DNA of 62,625 nucleotides, the filler included, from Sphacelaria rigidula (Eukaryota), in assembly GCA_964200075.2 (NCBI GenBank). It is 9 parts of 9 records of this genome, joined end to end, with 100 filler letters (N's around TTAATTAATTAA, not from the genome) between each part and the next. Parts side by side here need not be neighbours in the genome. Positions count along the whole stretch, not along the records: positions 48,788 to 55,656 come from CAXNAA020017668.1; positions 55,757 to 62,625 come from CAXNAA020017669.1; 7 more parts are not named here. The stretch is one strand, 5' to 3'. Positions 48,688-61,157 of this stretch are shown here, one piece after another. The notes under the pieces are model-generated. The model was given only the letters and a program-made list of their open reading frames with translations, had not been told where the DNA came from and ran no database searches. The translations under genes were made by a program, and so were the position numbers. Position 1 is the first letter of the stretch. Each line of letters begins with the position of its first letter.

Positions 48688-50299
48688 NNNNNNNNNNNNN
48701 NNNNNNNNNNNNNNNNNNNNNNNNNNNNNNNTTAATTAATTAANNNNNNNNNNNNNNNNNNNNNNNNNNNNNNNNNNNNNNNNNNNNCCGCCGTGTTGAA
48801 GGGATGCGAGGTCAATGGTCATATGATCATGGCATGCATGATCATGAGCCCCCCCCCCGTCCCGTCTTGTCCGCGAGTTCTCGGTGTGAATGCATTGGGT
48901 TGGGTTGGGGTTAGGATTAGTGTTAGCGTTACGGTAACATTCATGGCAAAAATATGTCAGCCATGAACATAATGGCGCCGAACGGGGACAAAAACACCTC
49001 TTCCCCTCCACACACATCCTCGGGACGAGCCCCCGTAGGTCTCGAAAGTATCGATCGGAGCCATCTCTTCCCCGGTCCATGTACGAGTACTCGTACCTGC
49101 AAGATATGTCCGTTCTTTTCCATGATATCGAGGATTGGATGATGATCACTGCCACACACTGCCCACAACTCTCGTCGAATCTTTCACTGTACTTGAATGA
49201 AACTTTGTCTTCGATTTTTTTTCGAATTATACTCGTGGAATCGTGTCGAATTTTTCCATCGGAATCTTGTCGAAATTTCTCTTGGATTTTTTTTTTGATT
49301 TTCCGTTAGGAATCGTGTGGGGATTTCAACTGTTTTTTTTTTCGGAATTTTGCATAAGAAATGTGTCGAACGTTTGGATTTAAAATTTGAGGAATTTTGG
49401 AATGGATTTTCTTTCCTGCGTACCCGCGTCCTAACGCTTTCCACGTGTCCGTCAGGATGAGGAGCCGGAATATTCTATCGAACCCACCATTACCGCCGCG
49501 CCCCAGTACTCTGAATTAAAATGGCACGACAACTAGAAAATAAACGAGTAAATAACAATAAAAACATGTAGGGTAGCAACTACGTTGCGTCAGGGGTCCA
49601 TCAAGAAGGGGAGCAAATATATATATACACAGATGTACGTATGTACATACATGCGTTTAACAAACCAGCAAGAGATCACAGAAATTTTGAGTGGTCTGAA
49701 CTGCAGCGAAACAAGAACTAGAGAAAAACAAAATAGGAGGGTAGGACAGAAAAGGAATCAAAAACTTATTTTATTATACCTTATCCGCGGAGACCGCTTC
49801 CTTTGGCTGAGTAACGAACGACAGGTCATTCACGGGAGCTTCTTCTCCACTCGTTCCAGAATTTGATGCCCTTACCCGACGCATCTGAAAGTATGAGTAG
49901 GAAAAACGATGAGCAAAAAGAGAACAAACCAAGAATTAAAAAAAGAAAAAAAAAAAAGGAAAAAAAAGAGGCGGGGGAAAGGAAGGACGAAAAACATGAA
50001 ATGAGAGAGAAAAAAATATGTAGAAAAAAAAAGATACTCAAAGATAAGTTAAATCGAGGGTACAAAAAAAAACACATATATATACACACCGAAAAAAAAA
50101 TGAAAAAAAAAACGGAATGAAAAAAAAAAAATCGAGAAATCGAACATACTAACAATAATACAAAAGAGAGCTAAGCCTTCACTATTTTCATATTTTGTTC
50201 ACAGGAATGACGGCAAAACGAGACATAAATTAGTACCGTAGATGCTACTCGTAAAGTACACAGGCATCATTTTTTCTGAAAATACATATTTCATACAGT

Positions 50300-50673
50300 G
50301 CCGGTCGCCCCGCCCCGGTGGCTCAGTTGGTAACCTCGAAAACCTTCTGAAGGTTGGGTCGTAGGTCCGAATCTCGGTGCAGTCACACGATCTGGGATTT
50401 TTTCTCACACAACGCCCAACAGTGGAGAGCGACGATGCCGTGAGTATACAAAATTCGACTTCACGGTTGACGAGGGCAAGGGAGTGCTGATCCCCTCTTA
50501 CGATAAAAAATAGGGCAAGCACCGCAGAAGGAAGGCGAGGTACTACAACAAGAGAAAGAAAATAAACTCTCGTCTTGGCCTTCCTCCTGTGTGACCCTGA
50601 CTCATGTGCTCACGTGTACCGAAAGGGGTACACTAGCGTCCAGAATAGATGGGATGACAACACACACACACAG
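50300..50673 (+). mobile_element. Full-length SINE family A with (CA)n tail
   Basis: GCCCCGGTGGCTCAGTTGG A box, GGTCCGAATC B box, body, GGGATGACAACACACAC tail. Confidence 0.8.
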
Positions 50674-50874
50674 CTGCGACGTGGTGGAAAGTAACACCGC
50701 AAAATCGTAGCATCTTGCCCCTCTTTCCCTTCCCCTGCCTCACCGGCTTTGAGGATATGTCGAGCTATGATTACTCCTGAGACAACCTGTTGCGACACCC
50801 TTGCTCAGCGGGTGATATACCCGATAGAGCACCCCCCGTATAGCACCACCTACTTCGTACAGTATATCCCTTAC

Positions 50875-51119
50875 CGTCCCCGCAGTTTTTTCGCGAGCCT
50901 TGGGGTTTTTGTAGGCCATCCTGTCCAAGAAGGGCCTGAGGGCGAAATCTGCCAGCGGATCTCCCTTGTATTGGACGGCGTGTTGGGGCGAGCACAGCAA
51001 GCTCTCCGCGAAGCGTGATACGGAAGGGTGAACGTGTGATCGCAGTAGCGTTGCCTCCCAGAGCTGTGCCGACGCCGAGTGAGCTTGGCAAGCGCTGCTA
51101 GGATCGCCCTTCTCTGCTG
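50875..51119 (-). CDS. CEBPZ: CCAAT/enhancer-binding protein zeta / Noc1 / Mak21 (CBF domain), exon 3 of those visible
   Basis: QLWEATLLRSHVHPSVSRFAESLL...VQYKGDPLADFALRPFLDRMAYKNPK matches the conserved LWE...HfHPSV..FA...Y.GDPL.DF.L..FLDRf.YrNPK. AG acceptor, GTAAGG donor, phase 1/0. Confidence 0.93.
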
Positions 51120-52828
51120 CTGTTGCAATGTTTGTGTGTTGCGTTGTTGTGAGCGATTGTAATATTTGTAGTGGTGGAGTGGTGGCGGGTGATGATGAAT
51201 GATGGCAATGGTGATGGTGATGGATGATGGCAGTGATGATGATGATGATGATAGATGATGACGAAGGCGCAGAGAGAAAAAGCGAACACAAAAATAAGTC
51301 GGGGAAGGGAGAAAGTTAGCCCGGAGAACAGTGAAGGGAAAATATTCATGTTGCCATGCATACATACACCCCATGTATTCATGACCAAAAAAAAGTGCAG
51401 TCGACAAATATAAATCCTCATCCGGGAAAAGCAGAATCGCAGAAACTCGGCATGATGACCCCTGCGCTGTGGTTGAATGAAAGAAAAGCCAAACATGTAC
51501 ACATGAAAAACAACTCAAGAAGACTCACACGCATACACCCGTGTGGGCCCCACAACAGTGTAATGAAAATAACGAGGGCTAGCCACGGGACTTCGGGACG
51601 ATTTCGGACGGAAATGCCGATCCCCCTGAAGGCCACGGGACGGGACCATTTTTCCCGCCTCCGAAAAAACAGCGGGACAGGACGGGACGGGACCATATTC
51701 CCGTCACCAAAAAACAACGGAACGGGACGGGACCGTTTTCCTGTCACCAATTCCCATCTCGTCAAGAAGTCCCGTGACAGGCACCGAAAATTAAGAACCA
51801 GTCGTCGCAAGTCCGCCCCCGCTGTGTACCGACATACATCCAGTAATGACACTCACTCTACGGAGATAGGGAGAGATTCCGGGGTAGTGCGGTCATGCAG
51901 CGCTGGCGACCCACCGTACGACGCTGGGGCCCCCATTTTGCATACGAGCTGGGCCAGCCTAGACACGGATTTAAGCTCTAAAAGCAATATCTCGTCGACA
52001 CGGACGAGTTGGGCCATGGTCCGTATATTGTATTACTCGTCTAACCAAGGGGAAGGTGCCCATCTGCTCCAAATTTTGGGCCCATGTTTTCTCGTTCATT
52101 AAACACCATGTACAGTAATTCCTATACCTAAGTGAGATAACGTCCATACTAAAATCTTCATGAAATCCCCGATCAATGCATTCAGCGGATGATGAATTTT
52201 GGTGTGGAAATTCCCTGGAGCACGAGGAGACGATAGATATCCTCACCTTCGCCTAATTCGTAATCTATCTCGAGATATGGCGCACATAAGTTTCTATAAT
52301 AAAACCAGTATATTACGAGCAGATGCGCTAGATTAGCTAAACCTGGATATCGCGTCTCAGTTTTTGAGAGTTATTCCATAAAATTTCGTATGGAGAACCG
52401 CTAGTGCATAATGAAGCTTACAAACACAGATTTTCCATTTTTTTCGGGTTTTCGGGGCAGTTTTGAGGAGAAATGAACACTCCTTGAGGGCTTCATCTCA
52501 ATTTTTAGAATTGTAATTTGAAACTCATGATAAAGAACCATAGAGGTATGCTGAATAAAAAAATATATATAGGCCCTCAGTTTTTTTTTTTTTTTTGGGG
52601 GGGGGAAGACGTTCGGGCGTTCTCGTAAAACAATGGCGGTTTCCATACTAAAACGCCCTAAACCAGTGAAAAAATATGAAAAAATCAACCTGACCCACTT
52701 TGTTTCGTTAATTATGCCCTAGTCACGGCCCACACAAAGTTTCAGTAAACAAACACCAAACGTGGGCCGGTAAGTGGCCTGCAAAATACTATTCCGAATT
52801 TATTCTGACCCCGGGACTAAACGGCTCA

Positions 52829-53094
52829 TTATAGGGCCAATACTTAGAATTGGACCTTGAAATTTGGTATGGACAATGAATAGGGCATAATAAAAAACAC
52901 CACCAGTGCACACCACAAGTTTTTTTTTTCGTGAGTTCAGACCAATAATCAGTTTTCAGATATCGGTAAAATGCCCCTAACTCATCGTGGGGGGAAAAAA
53001 AAAAAACTTGTGTGCACTGGTAATTTTTTTCATCATGCCCTATTCATTGTCCATACCAAATTACAGGGTCCAACTCTCAATATTGGCCGTATAA
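52829..53094. mobile_element. Foldback MITE (~100-bp arms, TA-flanked) in CEBPZ intron
   Basis: TTATA.GGCCAATA...AATTTGGTATGGACAATGAATAGGGCAT...CCAGTGCACAC and its reverse complement. Confidence 0.8.
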
Positions 53095-53190
53095 TAGGCC
53101 TGCAAACTACAGAATCGCTTCTCTCCTGGCCCAGCTCGTAGAATACTGAAGCATGACACACGTACACACAATGCAGCATCACATACACAC

Positions 53191-53456
53191 CTGACAACAA
53201 GGCATATTGCGGATCTCTCTTCAACGGGTCATAGCCAGGGATAGCTAGCCCCGGCACAACCCCGCCTGCTTTCCCACCGCCCCCGTCGGTTGACAGGGAA
53301 TTGGCAGTATGGCCATCATCCAGATCAACGTCCATGGCCTCCCCTTCAATAACACCCCCCTCGGTGGTACGCTCCAAGCGCTTTCTGCCCGACGCATCGG
53401 CGGCGGAAGTCTTCGAGCCACCGCCGCTGGCCTTACTGCTGTCGAACAATGAATGC
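53191..53456 (-). CDS. CEBPZ: CEBPZ/Noc1 exon 2 of those visible
   Basis: 266 nt, phase 2/1, AG/GT bounded. Ends GYDPLKRDPQYA (conserved YDP.kR.P.y motif). Confidence 0.88.
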
Positions 53457-53741
53457 CTGTTCCGACCCGCAGTAATTCGTTCGTGTATGTAGGGGGCGGG
53501 GGGGGGACGGGGGGGGAGAGGTTGCTAAGAGCCGGTTAACAATGGAGTAAAATAAAGTTTAAAAGTTCATCGACCTATCATCCCCGAAAAAAACTCCACT
53601 CATTTCATTGATCACCGTAGAGTTAGTTTTATCACATTATTTCTAATACCCGCTTAACATCAAAATAAAAAAATAGTGAAGAAAAACATAATGAACACAG
53701 GAGCTTTTGATCTTCACCTTGTCTTCCGTTTTGCACATTAC

Positions 53742-53824
53742 CTCAGCTTAGGGTGTTTCTTCAGAGCCTCCGATACCACGAACAGACCCGCAGCCGCTAG
53801 CGGTGCGTCGCTCAAAGCAGTTAC
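53742..53824 (-). CDS. CEBPZ: CEBPZ/Noc1 exon 1 of those visible
   Basis: 83 nt, phase 0/2. VTALSDAPLAAAGLFVVSEALKKHPKLR (CBF domain G.Lf..SE.lK..P.L). Splices in frame to the next exon. Confidence 0.85.
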
Positions 53825-55029
53825 CTGTGGAAATAGCAACAACAACAACAACAACAACAACGACAGCGATTCACGGATGGATAAAACCATTGCGCCCCGA
53901 TGATGCAATTGACACAACGCACACCAACTAGTGATCAATTAGGTCGGAAGAGTGCGACCGACTTCGGTTCCCGACAGAGACAGTCACTTTCCCTCCCCTT
54001 GAAGAAGGCATCTGTCTCTCGTCGTCAAAAACGTGAAGGACGTGCGTGAGCAGTAGCAGCAAATACAGTTTGACCCGAGTTTGTTCGGGAGTGCTGGTCC
54101 AAACAAAAGGTCGCGATATTCGAAAATCAAAGACGTGTACGAGCTGGACCAGCCATCAAATGTGAATACAATACATGTGCTAGGGCACAACGCAACTTTT
54201 GTTTCAGTTTCCCGGACCAGCCCGATGTTAGTAAATATATGTATATATTTATCGCTGTGAGCTGCAGGCCAACCCAGGTCATGCATAGCTCAGCCGCTGT
54301 TCGATTGGCGCAGTTTCTGCGATGGCGTTGTTTTACTGCGTTGAGTAACGCGTGCGTCTCATTTCGTAGCGCGATCCATACCCTGGACAATGGAATACGC
54401 ATTGAAAAATTGTACTGCATACAGTATTGACTGTTGCGCTTGTTGCAATAGACAACAGATTCCATACTGCACGCAGTACATTTTTTTACAATAGAATCCA
54501 TTATCCAGGGTGCGGCGTGATCCGCAGAGTGTTTTGAGCCTTTACTTTAATTTTTTGGTAATATGCGGCGGAATTTCGTGTAAAAACTTCGACACGCAGT
54601 CAAGAGTGCACCAGGAATGCTGCGAGATGGCACCAAAGCTCGTCAACAGCTCCATCATCAGAGAGAACCCCCGAGCCGATTGTCACACACAACGATGGCA
54701 GGCACAAGCATTCAACCGGAACTCGGCTACAACGCTTTTTCTATATCCAATGCACGATGGTGATCCTTCTTTTCACTGGAGAAAAAAAAAAAGTGCTGAC
54801 GGCAATTTCCTGCAACTGCGCCGCCACGGAAGCGGAAAAGTGTTCCAAATAGATGGGCCATGGAAACAAGCCCAACCCACACACTATTACAGGACGAGAA
54901 ACACAGGTTGCTCTCATTTTTCAAGTATTATGGAAGCTCGTGCAAAAGTGCCGAAAATCACTTTTCAACAGAAAACAAGAATGCTCCGTATACAGAATTA
55001 CCTCAACGACGACAACCAGATTCTGCAAG

Positions 55030-55111
55030 AAGAAAAAAAAAAGTTACGTCGGGTTTCGAACTCGTGACCTCCGCACCTGGAGTCTCCTGTAACAGTTGGA
55101 CCAACGGGGCG
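55030..55111 (-). mobile_element. tRNA-like head (Trp-like GACTCCAG arm), probably a SINE head or tRNA pseudogene
   Basis: CGCCCCGTTGGTCCAACTG...GACTCCAGG...GAGTTCGAAACCC followed by a long T run. Acceptor and anticodon stems do not pair. Confidence 0.45.
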
Positions 55112-56038
55112 GAGCGGTGTCACAGAGAAGGTTGCGCGCACAGCCCAACTAGAGGCATATTTAGAGCCGAAAATTTTAGAAGATGGCAGTCGAGTTGAAA
55201 AAACCGTGCTCGACACAGCAAGAGTGTTTTCCGTTTCATTTTCTTCATGGGAGTTATCATGATACCATCTTTTTTTCCTTCCAAATCGCTCTAGCCTTCT
55301 GTCGATCATTTTTTTTTCGATGCTTGGAATATGGTTCTGTGTAATACAGTGATAAAAAAATCCCGTGTCAACTTTTTAGGGTCCAACTACTAAGTCTAAG
55401 CGGTACGTCCCCTGCCAATCGCGAATAGGACCTGTTGCCGCGCCCAGCTCGTCATGTATCAGCGGAGATAGATGAGTTGAAACCGTGACCTCCCTCCTCC
55501 CCCCCAAAAAAGATAAACAAGGAGCTGCCGCGCCGCACCCGGCGGTCAAAGTGGTACAGAACATCATCGGCCAATTGAGGCGGAGAATTGGCTACATGGA
55601 GATAGGGATGGGGGGAGGAGGGGGGGGGGGGGGGGGGGGGGAAAATAGAGAAGAACNNNNNNNNNNNNNNNNNNNNNNNNNNNNNNNNNNNNNNNNNNNN
55701 TTAATTAATTAANNNNNNNNNNNNNNNNNNNNNNNNNNNNNNNNNNNNNNNNNNNNCCCCTATGCCTTGTGTCGATCTCGTGGTTTTCGGGCTATGGCTC
55801 CTGAGTCAACCTGCTCCGATACCCTTGCTTGCTTTCGAACAAGATTCGAGAGACTGGCTGACATGCTTGTGTAATTACAGCAGCAATAGCAGCAATGGCA
55901 GCACCACCACCACCAGCGAAGAGGTGCTATGCGTGACGAGTGTATTTGTTGGGACTGAAACTGTCAAAACGGACGGAGACACCATCTAACATCGACAACG
56001 ACGACGACGATCACGCTGGATTATGACCAAGTACACAC

Positions 56039-56138
56039 CTTCAGCCCCGCAAGGTTGTCGGCGCCGTACTTATCCTTCTTCTTGATCTTCCCACCCTCTC
56101 CATCCTCGACCATCTCCATATCCTGCTCTTCAAGCATC
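56039..56138 (-). CDS. SART1: U4/U6.U5 tri-snRNP protein SART1/Snu66, visible exon 4
   Basis: 100 nt, phase 2/0. MLEEQD...YGADNLAGLK(V) matches lleE.D...Y...dL.Gl.V.H. Confidence 0.88.
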
Positions 56139-56706
56139 CTGCGAGATTCGGGACAGGAGAAGAAAAACAAAAAGGTATATTTTTCAACAGAAGCTCATGA
56201 TAAAAACAGAAGTTTCGACGGGAACAATTAATCAACCAACGGGATATGTAGGAAAAGACAGACCACATTCCAAAATCAACGAACACAAGACTACAGAACA
56301 TGCTGCACCCCTCTAAACACCGCACAGGGGTTAGAAAACACATTATTTCAGCACAAGGGATATTGGCGAAGCATTCATGATGACCTTTTTTAAATTGGAA
56401 CATTTCACCAGAAAAAATACAATATGTGGCTATGTGTATACATTCATGTATGTGAGGATTTGAAGTGACGGCACAGGAAAGGCGAGCCTACGTCTGTGAC
56501 TACGGATTCGAGAAATCGGGCAAATGTGCGGAAATAAAAATAAACAAAAGTAGAACATATCGTCTGTTTTGTTTCTTCTTCTCCCTGTACCTTATTTTGG
56601 GTAGTTAGCCTTCTTCTCCCTGTACCTATGACCACAGAAGGCGTCCGCATCAAATGCCCACTACGGAGTACTGCATAGGTATCGGGACGGTTTGGAATGT
56701 GAAGAC

Positions 56707-56707
56707 C

Positions 56708-56789
<82 letters not shown>
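56707..56789. repeat. (AAC)n microsatellite
   Basis: Direct observation. Confidence 0.97.
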
Positions 56790-57852
56790 GGGTCGTCCGG
56801 ACAATTCTCATTTACCACCACAATTTTTCGATAAAAAAAAATGGTCTTTTTGCATCCGGGCTTCGGCTCTCAGAAAAAAAAACATGTGGTGATGCCCATG
56901 TCATAATTTCCAATCCGAATCATCGCACAAGTGTTGCACCCCTGCGATGAACGAACTTTACATAACTTTCTTCATGTGCGCCTTGTTTTTGTTACACTTG
57001 CAAAATGTGTTTTGAGGTTAGGGTACAAGACACCCTAGGTAACCTTGGATTTTCAGTTGATAACCTTGGGTATTCCGGTTTTCCTTTTGGAGTTTTTTCT
57101 CTGTTCGCTCTCTCTGCTTCCCTCCTGCCCCCCTCCTCAACTTCCCTTTAGCGAGTGCCTCCGTGTCATTTTACCTTGGGCACGTCTACCTTGTGGATGA
57201 CCACGGATATATTACGGATAGATTCGTAAGGGATCAGTCAATGTGGGACAATCAATCCACCAATCAATCAATCATAAAAAAATGAAGGTATCATGATCTA
57301 TTTCGGGGCTCATCACGTCGTGGCCTTCATTGCCAGGAAGAAAAGATAGTACAGCATTTTGTTGTTTTGCTGTTCGTAAATTCCTAGATCTGCCTCCTTT
57401 CCTTTGCTATCCTTCTCTTTCCCTTCCCTTTTCTATTTGCTTATTTTCCTTGTTTTCTTGTTCATTGAGCTTACTCTGCTTGTTTTTCCTTCTCGCTTTT
57501 CCCTCCACACTTTTCATTTTCAAGCAGGCAAGCGAGCTCTTCCGTTTTGTTAACTTGAGTACGTCTACCTTGTGGATAATGACCACAGCTGGTTTTCTCA
57601 CTATCAGTCAATATGCGACAATCAATCAATCGATAAAGTTACGACATTTGATTGTGAGGTCGCTGTTTATTTGGGTTTGTGAAACAGAGCACCACAATTC
57701 TCCAGATGTTGTAGTCCGTGCGATATACCATGCCGATACTTCTTACATGGCCAACACGCACGAGAAACATACGCATGCGTTTTCACCTTTTGGTCATGAT
57801 CCAGAAATTGTGGTCTGTACTTATATATTCATCAATACCAACATCCATGGTT

Positions 57853-58001
57853 GCCATGCTCAACAGTGGAGAGCGACTATGTCGTGGGTACACAAAATTC
57901 GACTTAACGGTCGACGAGGGAAAGGGACNNNNNNNNNNCCCACATATCCCGGAAGGGGTAAACTGGCGCCCAGAATAAATGGGACGACAACACACACACA
58001 T
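57853..58001 (+). mobile_element. SINE family A fragment spanning a 10-N scaffold gap (57929-57938)
   Basis: Family A body on both sides of the gap, CA tail. Confidence 0.7.
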
Positions 58002-58079
58002 GGTTGAGAAGAAAATAAGTAAAAACAGAGACGGGGAAGTGAAAATAAAGAAGGACAGTATATATATATATATATATAT

Positions 58080-58448
58080 TATTTGTCGCATTTTGAACCC
58101 CTCCCCTTCTTCGGGACGAGTCTGTGTTCTAACAGTCTCAAGGGATCAACCCATCTCTCCCCGGTACACGCCTTGCATTTGGTTTCGCGGATTGGGTCAG
58201 CACTCCCGCACCGCGTCAACTCACGTCAAACAAACTCAGTCTGCTACTTTGTTTACTCACGTTCTCACGTTTTCCTCGGCGGAATGACATACTTCAAAGA
58301 AACCTAGTCGACTACTTTGTTTACTCACGTTCTCACGCTTTCCACGGTGGAAATCATCATTACGAAGAAAAAACCCGACACATCGGGGATCGAACCCTCC
58401 TTCTCTTCACCCTAATGGCGACAGGCGGACCATTACACCACCGGGGCG
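58080..58448 (-). mobile_element. SINE family B with internal duplication
   Basis: Head CGCCCCGGTGGTGTAATGG...GGGTTCGATCCCC. CTACTTTGTTTACTCACGTTCTCACG present twice. Confidence 0.8.
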
Positions 58449-58775
58449 CGGCGGCCCGCTGGAAAGCAAAATAAAAAGACGCGTACGAACGATCATCAAG
58501 TAGACAATGCACACCCTGGACAATGACAGTATATGATCACTAGTTTCAACAGAAAGAAGTGTACTGCCTAAAGTATAGGCCTGCGGCAGCCATTATCAGA
58601 CCGACAATAGCCTGCAATAGCTGCAATATGGCTACTACACTTTACGCAATATGTTTTTCAATTGCAACTTTTTACCATATATCATCATTGTCTGAGGTGT
58701 GAGACAGTGATAAGAGGCACCAGCACCATCCTCGTCGGCATGCAGGACACTTCTTCTGCGCGCGCATACTCTCAC

Positions 58776-58903
58776 CTTGCTCTCCTTGCCGCCAGCCTAC
58801 GCTCCTCCTTGATCTGAGTCTGTTTGACGCGGCTTCTCTTCACCCAATCAGCGGCGCTAAACACTTCCTCTTCACCCTCCTTCACCTCGCCCAGGGTCTC
58901 TCC
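58776..58903 (-). CDS. SART1: SART1/Snu66 visible exon 3
   Basis: 128 nt, phase 0/2. GETLGE...SAADWVKRSR...LAARRA matches TLGE...aaW..rSR...lA.krA. Not in the ORF track. Confidence 0.9.
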
Positions 58904-59399
58904 CTGCAGTGAACACACACATACAGCACGTACACATGGGTGATTGATTGATTGATTAGCACTTTCACATTAGCCGATTGCAACAATCCAGCCCGTGGTC
59001 AGGAGCAGTAAAAAAAGAACAGAATAAGAAAAAAGGAAAGGAACATAAGAAGGCAGAAGCAACAGCCACAGGAAGGAAAGAAGAAATAAAGCAGCGACAT
59101 CAACACACACATACATATATTTTGCATTTGCTGTATCCAGTGAACACTAGAGCAAAAGCTAATCGCCATGTTCCATTAAAGTCGTCCACCTTCTCCTGGC
59201 TGCCGGAAAGGAGGAGGCATACCAGAAGGGGGGTGTCGGAGGAAGTTTTGATTTAATCGATTGTCGCAATTGAACTGATCCCCCAGGGGTCCAACCGTGG
59301 TCTCATGATAGACGTACCCAACAAAAACGAATCTAAAACACGCCCTCAAGTAGATGCACAAAATTGGCCCCCCATGGCAAGGCAATGGACAGCAAGACT

Positions 59400-59732
59400 C
59401 ATCAGTAGCAGAACGTGAGCTATACAAGGAGGAACTGGACGTGCTAGAGGGGGAAATGTGGGAAGTAAACGAAGGTGGCATAAAATCGCCTGATCTACTA
59501 GACAGTAGCGAGAAAACGATCGTTATACTGGGAAATACATGGTGGCCACGAACGACGAAATGGGAGGGAGATGAGTAAGACATGTAAAAGGTTATGTGAA
59601 ATGTACGGAAGAAACGTAATGAGCGCGCTAATGTTGGAGGTGGCTCTACTACAAGTAGGTACGGTGCTACATCGCGAAAGGGATGCGTGGTCAACGGTCA
59701 CACGACGAAGGCAAGCAACAAATGAGTACGCC
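59400..59732 (+). mobile_element. 5'-truncated LINE-like 3' fragment (ORF C-terminus)
   Basis: Near-open frame ERELYKEELDVLEGEM...EKTIVILGNTWWP...CKRLCEM. Its end is shared with 48150-48219. Confidence 0.6.
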
Positions 59733-59744
59733 TGTACTTTCTGA

Positions 59745-60092
59745 GGATCGGCTTATGTTGACAACGACGCTGTAAAACACGTCACTCCCTGCGTGAGCTA
59801 GGCAACCAGATTACCGCTTTTCTCTCGCTTGCACTGTCTTTGCGGTAAGCATAATGATCGAGCTACATCATTCTGTGCGCGGTGGAGACCCTCAACTCCG
59901 CGCAAAGGGTATGGTCGTACTACGTAGTGTTTGGAAGGTGAGACATCCATGGGGCAGTGTGAAGCCCATGGCTGTTTCTTGAAGTGGCGATACCAGAAAA
60001 TGAAGCAACTCGTCCGAGGCAGTCATCCATTTGCAATAATCAGTACGCTTCGAGCCGAACAGCTTTAGCAAGATGCAGGTCACCCCTCATGT
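59745..60092 (-). mobile_element. Family D partial copy
   Basis: Homologous to 48245-48595. Confidence 0.75.
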
Positions 60093-60659
60093 TGAAAATA
60101 ATAATAATCACCCATAATAATAGTAAGAAGAACAACAACAACAACAAAATGATAGTAAATCTGGTAAAAACGGCTGGATTCCCGGGGAAGCAAGCAATGT
60201 ACCAAAACCACTTCATCAGATCAGATCGGTTCAGACGAATCATCGCCGGTTCAAATCACCAAATCCACAATTTTTCACGCTTGATTGCTTGGAAGAGAGA
60301 AAAATGTTGGCCGCTGGTCAAAAAGAACTCCACGCAATTTTTGCGCCATTCCACGTGCCTGGGCTGCGCGTACCTGGGTTGTAACGCTGAAAACAAACCC
60401 CAAGGATTGATTCGTACTGTGCGAATCAATCACACTAATATCGAGTAATTTTCAGACAAATTACGTATTCGTCCCACCATTGGAATTTTCCTCGGTGCAC
60501 ACGCATTCACTTACTGCTACGCAGTTGTTATATGCCATCCTCACGTGGGCCCTGTACCCGTCCCATAATTTGCTTCGCAGCACACGATGACATGCTTCGC
60601 AATGCTCCCCCTTCCCCTCCTCTTCCCGGGAAAAAACATGATATTTTAGCGATCGTCAC

Positions 60660-60779
60660 CTTGAGCTTCTCGTTGAGCTGCCGTTTCCTGCGAGCTTTCG
60701 CCAGGCGCGCTTCGACATCCTTGAGGTCCTGCTCCTTCTTCTCCTGCTCTCGCTTCTTCCGCATGTTTTCCACAGCGAT
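60660..60779 (-). CDS. SART1: SART1/Snu66 visible exon 2 (coiled coil)
   Basis: 120 nt, phase 0/0. IAVENMRKKREQEKKEQDLKDVEARLAKARRKRQLNEKLK. AG/GT bounded. Confidence 0.88.
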
Positions 60780-60824
60780 CTGCCGATAGCACATACGGTG
60801 ATACATGATTATCTATTGTATTTT

Positions 60825-61157
60825 TATAATATTTTTATTTTCATTTGCCGCACTTTGAACACCTCCCCTTCCTCGGGACGAGTCGGTGGTCTAGCAGTCT
60901 CAAGGGGTCAACCCATCATCTCTCCCCCGGTACACGCCTTGCATTTTGGTCTCGCGGATTGGGTGATGACTATCACCACTCCCGCACTGCGTCAATTCTC
61001 GTCAAACAAACTCAGTCGACTACTCTGTTTACTCACGTTCCCACGCTTTCCACGGTGGGAACCAGACATTGCGAAGAAAAAACTCAACACATCGGGAATC
61101 GAACCCTCGTTCTCTCCACCCTAATGGCGACAGTCGGACCATTACACCACCGGGACG
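60825..61157 (-). mobile_element. Full-length SINE family B with A-rich tail
   Basis: A box TGGTGTAATGG, B box GGTTCGATTCC, shared body. Confidence 0.8.

Noticed and set aside
49826..50155. Lys-rich / Phe-rich ORFs (also 57330-58007, 62389-62622)
   Set aside because: Low-complexity A/T-rich or microsatellite sequence.
50743..50786. Additional CEBPZ exon VVSGVIIARHILKA
   Set aside because: Has AG/GT but no polypyrimidine tract and no recognisable similarity to CEBPZ.
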